Below are positions 1 to 10,521 of a stretch of DNA of 64,000 bases, in pieces. The notes below the pieces were generated by a model that was not told the origin of the DNA, did not search any database, and saw nothing but the letters and a program-made list of their open reading frames with translations. The DNA comes from Asterias rubens (taxonomy: Eukaryota), in the NCBI RefSeq assembly GCF_902459465.1, contig NC_047081.1, forward strand, positions 1,736,001-1,800,000, given 5' to 3'. Every line of letters begins with the position of its first letter. Position 1 is the stretch's first letter. Made by a program: the position numbers and the translations under genes.

Positions 1-1014
1 GCTTTGCGATAAGCATTGTACTTATGCATCTGTCTAGTCACATTCTTTTCATAGTTTGCCAGTTCTGCAAAATACAAGTTGGTATTATTGATACAACAAA
101 CTTTTAAACATGTCTTGCATGTGGAGAATATTATTGACACTTTTGGCTTTGCTTTATTTGTAACAAGATGAGTGAAAAAGTGGTGGCACTGGCAGGATAC
201 GAAAAGTTTTCCCTGCTGAAGTGAGACCGACACTGACCAGTGAAAGGTCGGCGGATAATTTTTTGTATGTTTCCCTGCTGAAGTGAGACCGACACTGACC
301 AGTGAAAGGTCGGCGGATAATTTTTTGTATGACGCTACTAGTAGTAAATACACAAATGGGATATCTCATTGACTTCTTGAGGTAAATAAGACACTATACC
401 TATATTATTTCATATTTAATGAAAAAGTGGTGGCGCCACACTAAAACCTTTGCGAGCATAATATGAGTGCAACTGCAAAAAAAGTGCAAACTGCAAGTGC
501 AAGTCAAAGTGCAATTCATTCGGATTGCACCCTATTTTTACAAAAAGGGATATCTCATTGAGGTATATTAGATACTATAATATTTCATATCGAATGAAAA
601 AGTGGTGGCGCCATACGGAAACTTTTCCATTCATTCTTTTATTAACAATTCAAAATAAAAAAAGTCAGATTCAGATTCATATCAGAAGAATTCAAAACAA
701 AATTGATTAAAATTAACGAAACAAAAGAAAAGAATGTCAATGTCAACATACACATCTTTCACTCAACTCATGTTCAATGTTTTGTTACATTTTAACGCCA
801 AATTAATTTTCTCACGAAATAGGTTAAACACGTACAACGTAAAACTGAGCGAGCAGACGATAAAAAAAAGTGACAGAAGTGGTGAAACTCGAAAGTCAAC
901 AAGCACAAAGAAAAGATTGATAAATGAAAGAAAAATTTGTCAATACATACCTGAGAGGACGTCAACCAGTTCTTGGTTTGGATTTTCGTTCTGGGGAGCT
1001 TTGCGTTTACTCAT
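1..1014 (-). CDS. POLB: DNA polymerase beta, N-terminal part; exons 951..1014 and <1..64; gene continues past the left edge
   Basis: Exon 1 (ATG at 1014-1012, donor G|gtatg at 951) encodes [21 protein letters not shown]. Exon 2 (acceptor ttttgcag, top at 64) encodes [22 protein letters not shown]. Both match the Pol beta 8-kDa lyase domain N-terminus (human [42 protein letters not shown], recalled). The phase-1 junction is consistent. Confidence 0.93.
208..331. repeat. 62-bp perfect tandem duplication in POLB intron 1
   Basis: tttccctgctgaagtgagacc...ttttttgtatg occurs twice in succession (208-269, 270-331). Confidence 0.9.
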
Positions 1015-1400
1015 TTTGTAGCAGAAAATTATATTTTGACGATATTTTGATACTTTTTAACCTCGCAGACAACAACCTTCTTCAACACGTCCAGATTTGA
1101 CAAAATTTGACGCACGAGACTTTTTTTGTTTAACTTTCGGTCTCACTAGTCTGGTGTCTGCAGTCAATTATGTTGTTATTAGGTGGTAGGAAGTCCGGTT
1201 GCCAGACATGCAAATGAGTAACAAATAATTGGCAAACACGTGGGGGCGCTATACATTTGTTGTGGTGGAAAACCTTTGTTTGCCTTTGCTGGGTCTCGGG
1301 TGGGCGGGGAATTTGGATTATTAATTCGTAAAGCCGGGTGGGGGGGGGGGGCGGAGGTTAGACAATAATTATGTTATGACTAAACCGACTATTTAAAATG
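1015..1400 (-). promoter_or_regulatory. Putative POLB promoter / 5' UTR
   Basis: Locally GC/CpG-enriched. Contains GGAAGT/CCGG ETS-like sites (~1190), a CACGTG E-box (~1237) and GC boxes (GGGCGGGG ~1302) just upstream of the POLB ATG. Confidence 0.45.
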
Positions 1401-2108
1401 ATCAACATTATATATAATATGCTCTGCAAACTAAATGCACACAAACAACCAAACAATAAAAGTAAACAACAAAATAATTTGCAATAATTATTACTGACAT
1501 TTTATTATACCAATCCGAATTGGCAACATGCCATTTGTGTTATTATACATAATAATAATAAATGTACTTTAAGAAAAGAAAAAATAACGCAAAATTCAGA
1601 AAAATCAAAACAAAAACAAACTAATACAGTAATTTAGTAGACTTTAAAAAGCATTTTAGATATCCCTGTTTTTTTTCACTTGTTAATGTTAATTAATGTT
1701 TGAGTGACATGTACTGGCAGTTGAATTTTCTGTTCTGAACTTAGAACCAACACTTTTGTTGACATGAAAGTTCATGAGTACAATTGGATCCACATGTATG
1801 ATAACAATAATAAATACATACAATAAAACCGTTCTCAGACTCAAAATGCATTTAGTGATGGCATCACATGCATGCTTTTTTCTCTTTCCTCTGTATGACA
1901 AACCTGTTGATTATGGCTGATCATAAACCTCCAATACTTTGGTTTTTAATTGGGACTTCGAACTTGATAACTGATACCTACTTGTAAATATAAAATATTC
2001 TACTCTATATATATTTTGGGTTGACTACATAAATACTTATAAGGCCAATCAAGCTCACAGTAACCAATAATTGTTCTTTAAAAGCTATTGGAATAGTGGG
2101 CTCACCTG

Positions 2109-2273
2109 GGCCCAATTTCACAGCGCTGCTTAGCAGCCGATGTTGTGCTTACTGTGAAAATAAACGACGTCACAATGCAAATCCACGGTAAACACGCAAT
2201 ATGGCCGCCCAATTCTCTGCTACAGTAAGCACGCAAATTTGCTTACCGTTAAGCAGCGCTATGAAATTAGGCC
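2109..2273. mobile_element. Harbinger-like MITE (GGCCCAATTTC family)
   Basis: TIRs ggcccaatttcacagcgctgctta / taagcagcgctatgaaattaggcc, flanked by a CTG/CTG 3-bp TSD. Related fragments at ~16017, ~26650-27070, ~29453-29640, ~58717 and ~61265. Confidence 0.75.
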
Positions 2274-4347
2274 CTGGTCCCAAATTCTTAAAGCTGTTAC
2301 ATCATGAGGGTTAAAGGTCAAAGCGATGTTTCTTCCTGTTGACATGACTGTCCTAGTTGTTCCTAATAAGGTCAACAAATGTTTACAGTTTATGTTATCT
2401 TTAGCACTAACATGATTCTTGCGAATGGTGGTTAGTCAAACAGTTTGCAAACTTCCACATTTGGGTGTGAAGGAGGTCAAAGTAAACATATTTTGATAAA
2501 ATGTCCTACTTGACCTTGGTGAACATTGTTTCACGCTTTCGAGTATTAGTTGTACACAGGTTGAACTTTGATGCAACTTTACCAAAAGTTTGTCTTTGTA
2601 CCAAGTACGGGATAAAGATAGAATGGGGACAATTGAGATTCAGATGCTTCCAAAAAATCAAGTTGATTGTAAATAAGATAATATGACAAATGCTGAACTT
2701 TTCACTGATAAACAGAGTGCATAGAACACCACATACAAAACGAAAGACGTACAAATATTATGAGTTCACTGTTATTGTTAACAATATTTGGCCGAGTGGC
2801 CCAGTTTTAGTAAGAGCCTACATGTATGCCGAAATTTAAAACACTTCCCCCAAAACAAAACAAAAACATCTTCACTGATAAAAACTGCAGGGTACCAGTC
2901 AAAATTTAACACTACATGCAATTTTGGCTGGTAAACTGTATCTGCTGTTCGAAGCTTTTTTTTCTCCTATTGAGTGCAACTTTTCTGTGGTTTGGCAGAG
3001 GTGTTTACTGTCAAACTACACCATACATATTTTTTATTATTATTCATCCCAGCTACATGCCTTGAAATAATGCTCTGTAAGGGGCACAGCAATTTTACTC
3101 AGGTACATGTAAGGGGCACTTTTTTGAGGACAATTTTAATTTGTGTTAGATCTTTGCAAAGGGCACCAAAATAAACCAAAACAAAAGCACAGGGCACCAC
3201 TGCAATCGCTGTGGGTGCTGTGGTTTATTTCAAAGCCTGCAGCTAGTTTTGCAGATGCATGTTACCAACAATCAAAAACCAACAGTGATACAATGTACTG
3301 TAAAAATAAGAATCCATAAGAAAGTTGCTTTTCACATTTTTAGCAAAAAAATTATGTCTAATTCTTAACTGACAATGTCGATATTCATATATATCTGCAG
3401 TATAAATAGAATCCAGCTCGGATATATTTAATCGGAACTACAAAATAATGATCACACATCTGGCGTCGTTGTTACTCTGTTAAATCTTTCCATCCACTAA
3501 AATTTGGTTTTGAAACTCATACTTCTAGAAAGAGAGGGAGGAAGTGTGTTGTTAGACAACAAATGTTAGAGTGTTAATGAGATGCTGCCGTTTTTCTTGT
3601 ATCAATTCCTCAGGAGATAGCACGGCGACATGATTATTATTTTCTTTCTGAAGAAGTAGCGATTGGTTCAAATTAGATGGCCGCTCAGAAGTCGATAACT
3701 ATCCAAAGCCTTCATAGGGGATCACTTCAAGTTGAACAAAGGAAGCACTTTTCATGTTAAGTGTCATCATGCAGACTTGCCCCTGGCGGGGTTACCTTCC
3801 ATTTAGACATTCGTATCCGACGTGCGAAATCTCTGTAGCGGATTTGCTTTAAAAAAAGGTAGGATCGGAGCAGTGCATTTAAGGCCAAGAAGCAGTCAAG
3901 ACGACGATTAAAATGATTGGTGTGAAAGTTATCCCCGCCGTCTGAAGTTACACGAAGAGATAATTTAAGGGGGGGGGGAGGTGAAATTATCAGGCAATTC
4001 AAAATTATTTCCAGGAAACTCGTTGATCGCCACTGTCCAATTTGTTGAACATCATCTTCCTTCCGCCACTCCTCTTGCTTTTTAAAATATAATTATTCAG
4101 TCAGTCTTTTTTGTAAATAATCCGCACCTTTTGATCAGAATACAGAGACTGTTTAGCTTGGTTCCGTTTTTAAAGTTGACCCTCCGATCCAGTCGACGTT
4201 GCTGTCAGGGAAATCAGGAGACCTACAGTTGTCGGAAGCATCGAGCATCAAAGCACAGTCTCCAATTATGGTCACGCTGGTTGTTACCGTTCATACAGTT
4301 TATTGGTTAACTTACAAAATCCACTACTTAAATCCTAGATCCGCGTG

Positions 4348-7300
4348 TTATATGTACTGCGCCAACCATTTGAAGGCGTCGCCGTAACCTTGTTGCTTCA
4401 AAACGCTGCACATGAACAACTCCAGAGGGCGCCCTGGCAAATCTCTTTGTGGTACATTTCCCTGTTAAACGAGACAAAGAATAGAAAAGACTTTCTTTAG
4501 GTTTGACATTAAAGGAATACGTTGCCTTGGATTGGCCGAGTTAGTCTTTGATTTGAAAGAATTTGTAACCGTTTGCTATACAATGGATATGGTTAGAAAG
4601 TAGTTTTTTAAGTAGAATACAATGATCCACACACATTTGCCTCGAAATTGCGTGACCGACCGTGTTAGTCGACGAGGTAAAAGGAAAACCAAGCAAATTC
4701 GAGTGATACTTGTGTGGATCATTATATTCTACTTTGTGAATATATTTCTAATTATATGCTTTTTATAACAAACGGTTACAAACGCTTTTCAAAGACCAAT
4801 TCAACAAATCCAAGGCAACGTGTTCCTGTAAACGGTCCCTTAGGGACTTGTAACCATAAGGTTGTGGGTTCGAATCCTACCAAGCTATCCGCTGAATTCA
4901 CAATGACTAGAATAAGTATCTGTCATCTAGCCACTGAATCAAAACTTATTGATTTGAGCAATTACGGTTTACTCTTCCAGATTGGACATAACCACTCCAG
5001 ATGGCGACATCTCCAAAACGCAACCACAGGTTATTGTTTTTGTTTAATATCTACATTGATGTAGGATAAAAACAACAGACCAAAGGTTTACGTTCCCTTT
5101 AAAGGCAGTGGACACTATTGGTAATTACTCAAAATAATTATTAGCATAAAACCTTTCTTGGTGATGAGTAATGGGGAGAGGTTGATGGTATAAAACATTC
5201 TGAGAAATGGTTCCCTCTGAAGTGCCATAGTTTTCGAGAAAGAAGTAATTTTCCACGAGTTTGATTTCAAGACCTCAGATTTAGAATTAGATGTCTCGAA
5301 ATCAACCATCTAACCGCACACAACTTCGTGTGACAAGGGTGTTTTTTTCTTTCATTACTATCTCGAAACTTCGATGACCGATTGAGCTCAAATTTTCACA
5401 GGTTTGTTATTTTATGCATATGTTGAGATACACGAACTGTGAAGGCTAGTCTTTGACAATTACCAATAGTGTCCACTGCCTTTAAAAAAAAAAAAGACAT
5501 ATTTGTAGATAGGGCTTGATCAGCTTACCTTCCCTGTTGTCTGTTGAATAAGTCCGAAACAATTCCTTATATGGTCTTCACTGCAAGCTGTGGGCATGTC
5601 AATTTTGTTCCCCAGAATCACGATGGGAGCGTTAGCGACCATCTCATCCGTCATGAGACCCTGGAAAGGATCAAGAAAAATTTTAACATTTAATTTAATT
5701 TATTAATTCGTGTTGTGAAGCCAAGGACTTTCAGAAAAGCGTACTTAATCAGTGTACTAGCCAAGAACCAAATGAGAAGAGGTAAGACAGAAAGTTTAAG
5801 TTTAAAATGTGCTGGAAAATCCCAAGGAATTTTTTTCTGGGAGAGCCCATGCTGTCAGACAGGGGCTAAAACAACACTCCATATAGTGCCCCCAGTTGGA
5901 ATTGAACCGGGAAATCACGTTGGAAGGGTGGACACAGGTTTTGCTCTGTACTTTTTCAGTGACTAGCAAGCAGGACCAGCTAGCTTGTCATTTCATTACT
6001 CCTTCAGCTTTGTCGATTTGTCAATACTTCAAATGAAATAAGAATGCTATTTAACACTGAACTTGCCAGCCGGACCAGTTGGAGTGACTTTTGACTGGTC
6101 CTCCGGTCTTTCAGCTGACATTTTTGGCCAGGGAACCACTGTTAAAGGAACACGTTGCCTTGGATCGGACGAGTTGGTCTATTAAAAGCGTTTGTTATGA
6201 AATGCATATGGTTAGAAAGATGTTTTAAAAGTAGAATATAATGATCCACACAAGTATCACTCAAAATTGCACGGTTTTCCTATTACGTCGCGAACTATCA
6301 CGGTCAGCCATTTATGGGAGTCAAAACTTTGACTCCCATAAATGGCCGACCGAGTTAGTCGACGAGGTTAAAAGAAATCCACGCAATTTCGAGGCAAATT
6401 TGTGTAGATCATTGTATTCTACTTTTACAATATCTTTCTAACCATATGCATTTTGTAACAAACGGTTACAGAACGCTTTTCAAAGACCAACTCGACCGAT
6501 CCAAGGCAACGTGTTCCTTTAAGGGAGAATGCTGGTGGCCCTTAGCTTTAAACCAAACCGGATCTTCCCGTGTACAAAAGCAAGTTACACATAATACAGC
6601 CACCAGCACATTTACATGAGAAATTCTTTTATTAATATTAACTGTATCAATATCATATATTCACATGTTTACTTTGTAAAAAAAATCAATCAGCACTCAA
6701 ACAGTGGTTTCACAAGTTAAAGGGGCTGTCTCAACATATTTATATTTTTTACTTAAAGTTCAATAATGCACATTAATTAGGTAAAAACATTAAAAAATGC
6801 AGCAAAATGAGCAATTTAAATACAGAGGAAGGAAAAAGAAACAGCTGCAACCCGAAGGATTGCCTTAAAGAAACACAGTTCCTGTCTAGAGGCTCTCCTC
6901 TCCAGCTGATCTTTAATTAGAGCACAACAATAAATACAAGCAGGCATTTGGCTGTGCACAGAATTATGGACTTTCCCCTGTCAGGCAATTACAGCATGTG
7001 CTCTTTATGAGGGGAGGGCATGCGCATGCAGTAACTGTTGAGAGTTCATAGTTCATAGTTCCATGTGCAACCACAGGCCTGCTTTGCCTTTGATCATGAC
7101 AACACCCAAGACTTACATCAAGTTCTGCTTTGGCCTCTGCGAATCTTTGAGGATCTGCTGCGTCTATGAGGAAAACGATTCCGTCAATCGCTGGTAGGTA
7201 GTCCTTCCACACTCGACGTGCCTGGGAGTGACCTCCGAGGTCAAAGGTTGTGAATGATATCGATCCCATACTAAGCGATTCTGATGCTGTGGTTGAATGA

Positions 7301-8511
7301 AATAACAATGGAATGAGTCGTAGAAACATGGTGGAATGTATTGGGTATACAAAGGCGATTTTCTCCATGCCCCCTTGGTCATTGCCCTGGTCATTGCCAA
7401 TTTCCTCATGGGGGTACAGTGTACCCCCTTTACCAAGGAGAAAATGCCATGGTGATCTGCCCCATCAAACATGAAGCATGCAGGCCTGGGGTATAGGCCA
7501 ACACAATGACTATCATGATCTCCACACTCTCCTTGTGTGGAGTACGCAGAAACTACCGACATGCAGCGATTAGTCGGTCACACTCACCATGCATGGACTG
7601 GTCGTAAGTTAGAACAAGTCCTGACTCTTTGTGAAAATAGACCTCTGGCCTTAGTTTCGAAAAGGGCTGTTAGTACACTTACTTGGATGTAACGTTGGAA
7701 CATGCTGTGCCATCCTGCCATCCTTCAGCATGTGTAGTAACGTCGTCTTCCCAGCATTGTCTAGACCAAGAAATACAAGCTTGCCACTTTTCTTCCATAG
7801 ACCTGGACAAGCAAAGGAGGGAAATGTTAAACAAGGTTTAGCGGTTATCTCAATGCTATTTATGTCTAAAAAACAAGCGCTGTGTAAATGATGAATAAAA
7901 GCTTGTGCTTGAGTTTGTCGAACACTAGATCTGCGAAGAGTTACTTAATACTCTTCATTTTGTGTCTTTGTAACAAAGAGTGTAACCATGATTGTGGGTG
8001 TACACAAAGGCTAAAAAGAATAGAAATGAAAATAGACAGAGTTAAGAAATCTACAGTTATATGTACATGAGGCTGATATTGCAGTCCTGATCTTTTCTAT
8101 TGGATTTATTACAAATGCCCAAACGCTAGTTACTTTTTATGCATGGGCAGATGGTTATTTCCATTCTGGAACAACATTTGTTTTTCATGCTGGTACTTCT
8201 AGCTAGCACACATACACCTAACATTTTTTAAAGGGGAGCACAGTATTAATAGACGTGGGCATTATGTTGGCAAAGAACTGTTCAAATTAGATATGTAATT
8301 GTAAGGCAATGGAGCAAACTTATTTGACATATATTGCCGAAAATGCAGTTTATTAAAAACAAGATGGAAATTAATGTTCTCATGAAAACTTCAAAGTCAA
8401 ATGCAAACTAAATTTGTAACGTCTTATAAATTAAAACACTCCATTAATTTAGACTTTTGTTAACTTACCAACATAACTAAGAAAATCTGTGAACCAATTT
8501 ACAATAAACAT
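4348..8511 (-). CDS. SAR1: Small COPII GTPase SAR1, 192 aa; exons 8469..8511, 7683..7802, 7117..7286, 5529..5660, 4348..4461
   Basis: Spliced protein [40 protein letters not shown]...[13 protein letters not shown]...VILGNKID...[23 protein letters not shown]1, G3 and G4 GTPase motifs and an amphipathic N-helix are present. All introns are GT-AG; total 579 nt, in frame. Confidence 0.97.
4513..4827. mobile_element. Kolobok-like MITE, family K2 (older copy), SAR1 intron
   Basis: ttaa|aggaatacgttgccttgga ... tccaaggcaacgtgttcct; same family as 6146-6518. Confidence 0.75.
5103..5481. mobile_element. Kolobok-like MITE, family K1 (full length)
   Basis: TTAA TSDs at 5099-5102 and 5482-5485. TIR aggcagtggacactattggtaatt / aattaccaatagtgtccactgcct. 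RR...YY termini with a TTAA TSD fit the Kolobok superfamily. Confidence 0.85.
6146..6518. mobile_element. Kolobok-like MITE, family K2 (full length)
   Basis: TTAA TSDs at 6142-6145 and 6519-6522; 35-bp TIRs with one mismatch (aggaacacgttgccttggatcggacgagttggtct). Confidence 0.88.
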
Positions 8512-8729
8512 CTTGGTTTTTTTATGGTCACACTCTGCAACAAAGAGAACAATAAAACAATAGTTTAGTAATTTTAAAGCAGTAAATATAAACATGATAA
8601 ACAATAGATTTGTAAAGCCATGAATGAGAGCATGAACATAAATTATATAAATCAATATATATTAATAGCATCCCCCCCCCCCCCAGGCCGAGACGAATCA
8701 TCGTGGGCATGTGAGACTGCGTAATTTTT

Positions 8730-8862
8730 TGAAAAAGTTTCCGTATGGCGCCACCACTTTTTCATTCGAAATAAAATAATATAGTATCTAATTTACCTGA
8801 TTGATATATCCCTTTTTGTAAAAATGAGTGAAAAAGTGGTGGCGCCATAAGGAAAGTTATCA
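8730..8862. mobile_element. ~135-bp MITE (GTGGTGGCGCCATA family), in SAR1 5' UTR intron
   Basis: TIRs aagtttccgtatggcgccaccacttttt / aaaaagtggtggcgccataaggaaagtt. Second copy at 11013-11147; fragments at 170-630. Confidence 0.8.
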
Positions 8863-9213
8863 AATTTTTTCTTTACTATTTTAAACTTTATAATTTACAA
8901 TTATATTTATAATTTATTGTGATCGATCGGCAATGCCAATGGGCAAATGATGGTAATCAATAATATCTATTTTCTTATTTACAACCTAAATACAACAGCA
9001 ACAAAACCACATTCACATCACAACAATGTGATCAAAAATTACAAACATAATTTACTGTCAAATGACAATGTCATTTGTCAATATTGAATACACATACACA
9101 CGTACACAGCGCAGCAGCTGATCTGTAAAAGGTAGGCGAAGAAAACACTCAAAATTCTAGCACTAAAACTCTTTTAACAGCTCCTTTGAAAACAGTTTTA
9201 TCTCATTACTCAC

Positions 9214-10521
9214 CTTTTCAATGAATTCCACCCAGTACTACCTTACTAATTAATTATTGTACAACCAAAACACAAAGAATGGCGTTATTTCCACCTCGAA
9301 AAAGACGATCTGTTACAGTTCAAGGAACGAATCCACACCAAAATGGTCATATTTAACTTTACGTCACAAAACTTACCGGAAGATGGTTTTTAAACAACGC
9401 GTTTCATTGGTCAATTTTCATTCACACTAAAATACGTTTTTAACACGAGATTATCTGTAAACCAACAACAAAAACATTTAGAAAAGTATTTACAGAATTA
9501 AAAATATTGTTAGGGGAAATGCGTCAACAAATTCATGAAATTAGTAAAATTGTAAGTTGTATTTGCATAATTAAGTGTTAAACCTTAAGGAGGAGAACGC
9601 CCAATCACAGCAGATTTTAAGACGAGTTCGGCTGTCAAAATTGGCCGGATAAATGGGAACCACAGTAAGAAATACTACGGGTGATTTCAGCTAGCTATTG
9701 AGGGCGCCCCCCGTTGAAACACTACTTACGCAAGAGAAAGCACTTGATGATTTATGTTGTCCTAATAAATAAAAGGGTTGGACGGGAGAAATAAACAGTA
9801 AATGCTTTCTGAATGTTTTATTTTAGGTAATCATTGATTTATTTTTTATTTTTTTTAAATCAAACTGGCCACGCGCAGCGCAAATCCTTGAGGGGCGGCA
9901 GGATCTCACTCGGCTTTCATAATAGGCACTTCTGATGAAGACCATACTCGAAACGTTGTCTAGTTGTTTCGATTGCCCCCACATAAACTTGAAAAGAGAG
10001 TAAGGTCTTCTGTTAACATCACCTCTTGAGTCTTATTTGGTATAAATTTAATCTGGGACTCGATAGAAACTTTATTTAAAAAAACTTCATTCCATGTTCA
10101 GACTGACTTTTGCGATGTATTTTTGACATGTTTCTGAATGCGTTTTTACACCTTGATCATAGGGCGAGCTCCCCCGAGAATTTTAACTTCGTGATATTTT
10201 TTGGAAGTGCCACGTTGAAAACGTGATCATTTTACGCATGCACCTTTGGCTAGTCTACGAAATGGGTTTTCCTGAATCTTCAACAATGGCGACTGTCATT
10301 GACTCTCGGTCGTGACAATGCTTTTAATTTACGTAATGTTTCGCCTGGCAGCAAATCTTATTCTGTAAATTTAAGTTCACACATTCTACAGGTATTCCCA
10401 AGTCTGACTGTTATCTTCAACTCGTCGCTGTGAACTGTGCGTTGTAGCCGCGTTGAACGAGTGTTAATTTCTGATTTATGACGCAATTTTCGTGAGCGGT
10501 GACTCAGTGACACAATTCAAG
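9214..10521. promoter_or_regulatory. Divergent (bidirectional) promoter region SAR1/SEC24, including a probable non-coding SAR1 exon 1
   Basis: Lies between divergent start codons (8511 and 10522). Minus-strand donors AAG|gtgagt (9214) and CCG|gtaagt (9377), with a matching acceptor ttgcag just above the SAR1 ATG exon. ETS/YY1-like ccggaagatgg (9376), CCAAT boxes (~9406, ~9601), YY1 caagATGGCGG at the SEC24 start, and bZIP-type motifs. Confidence 0.6.

Noticed and set aside
6964-7368. 134-aa ORF as a standalone Arf/Sar protein
   Set aside because: Only 7117-7286 is coding (SAR1 exon 3); the flanks are intron read-through.
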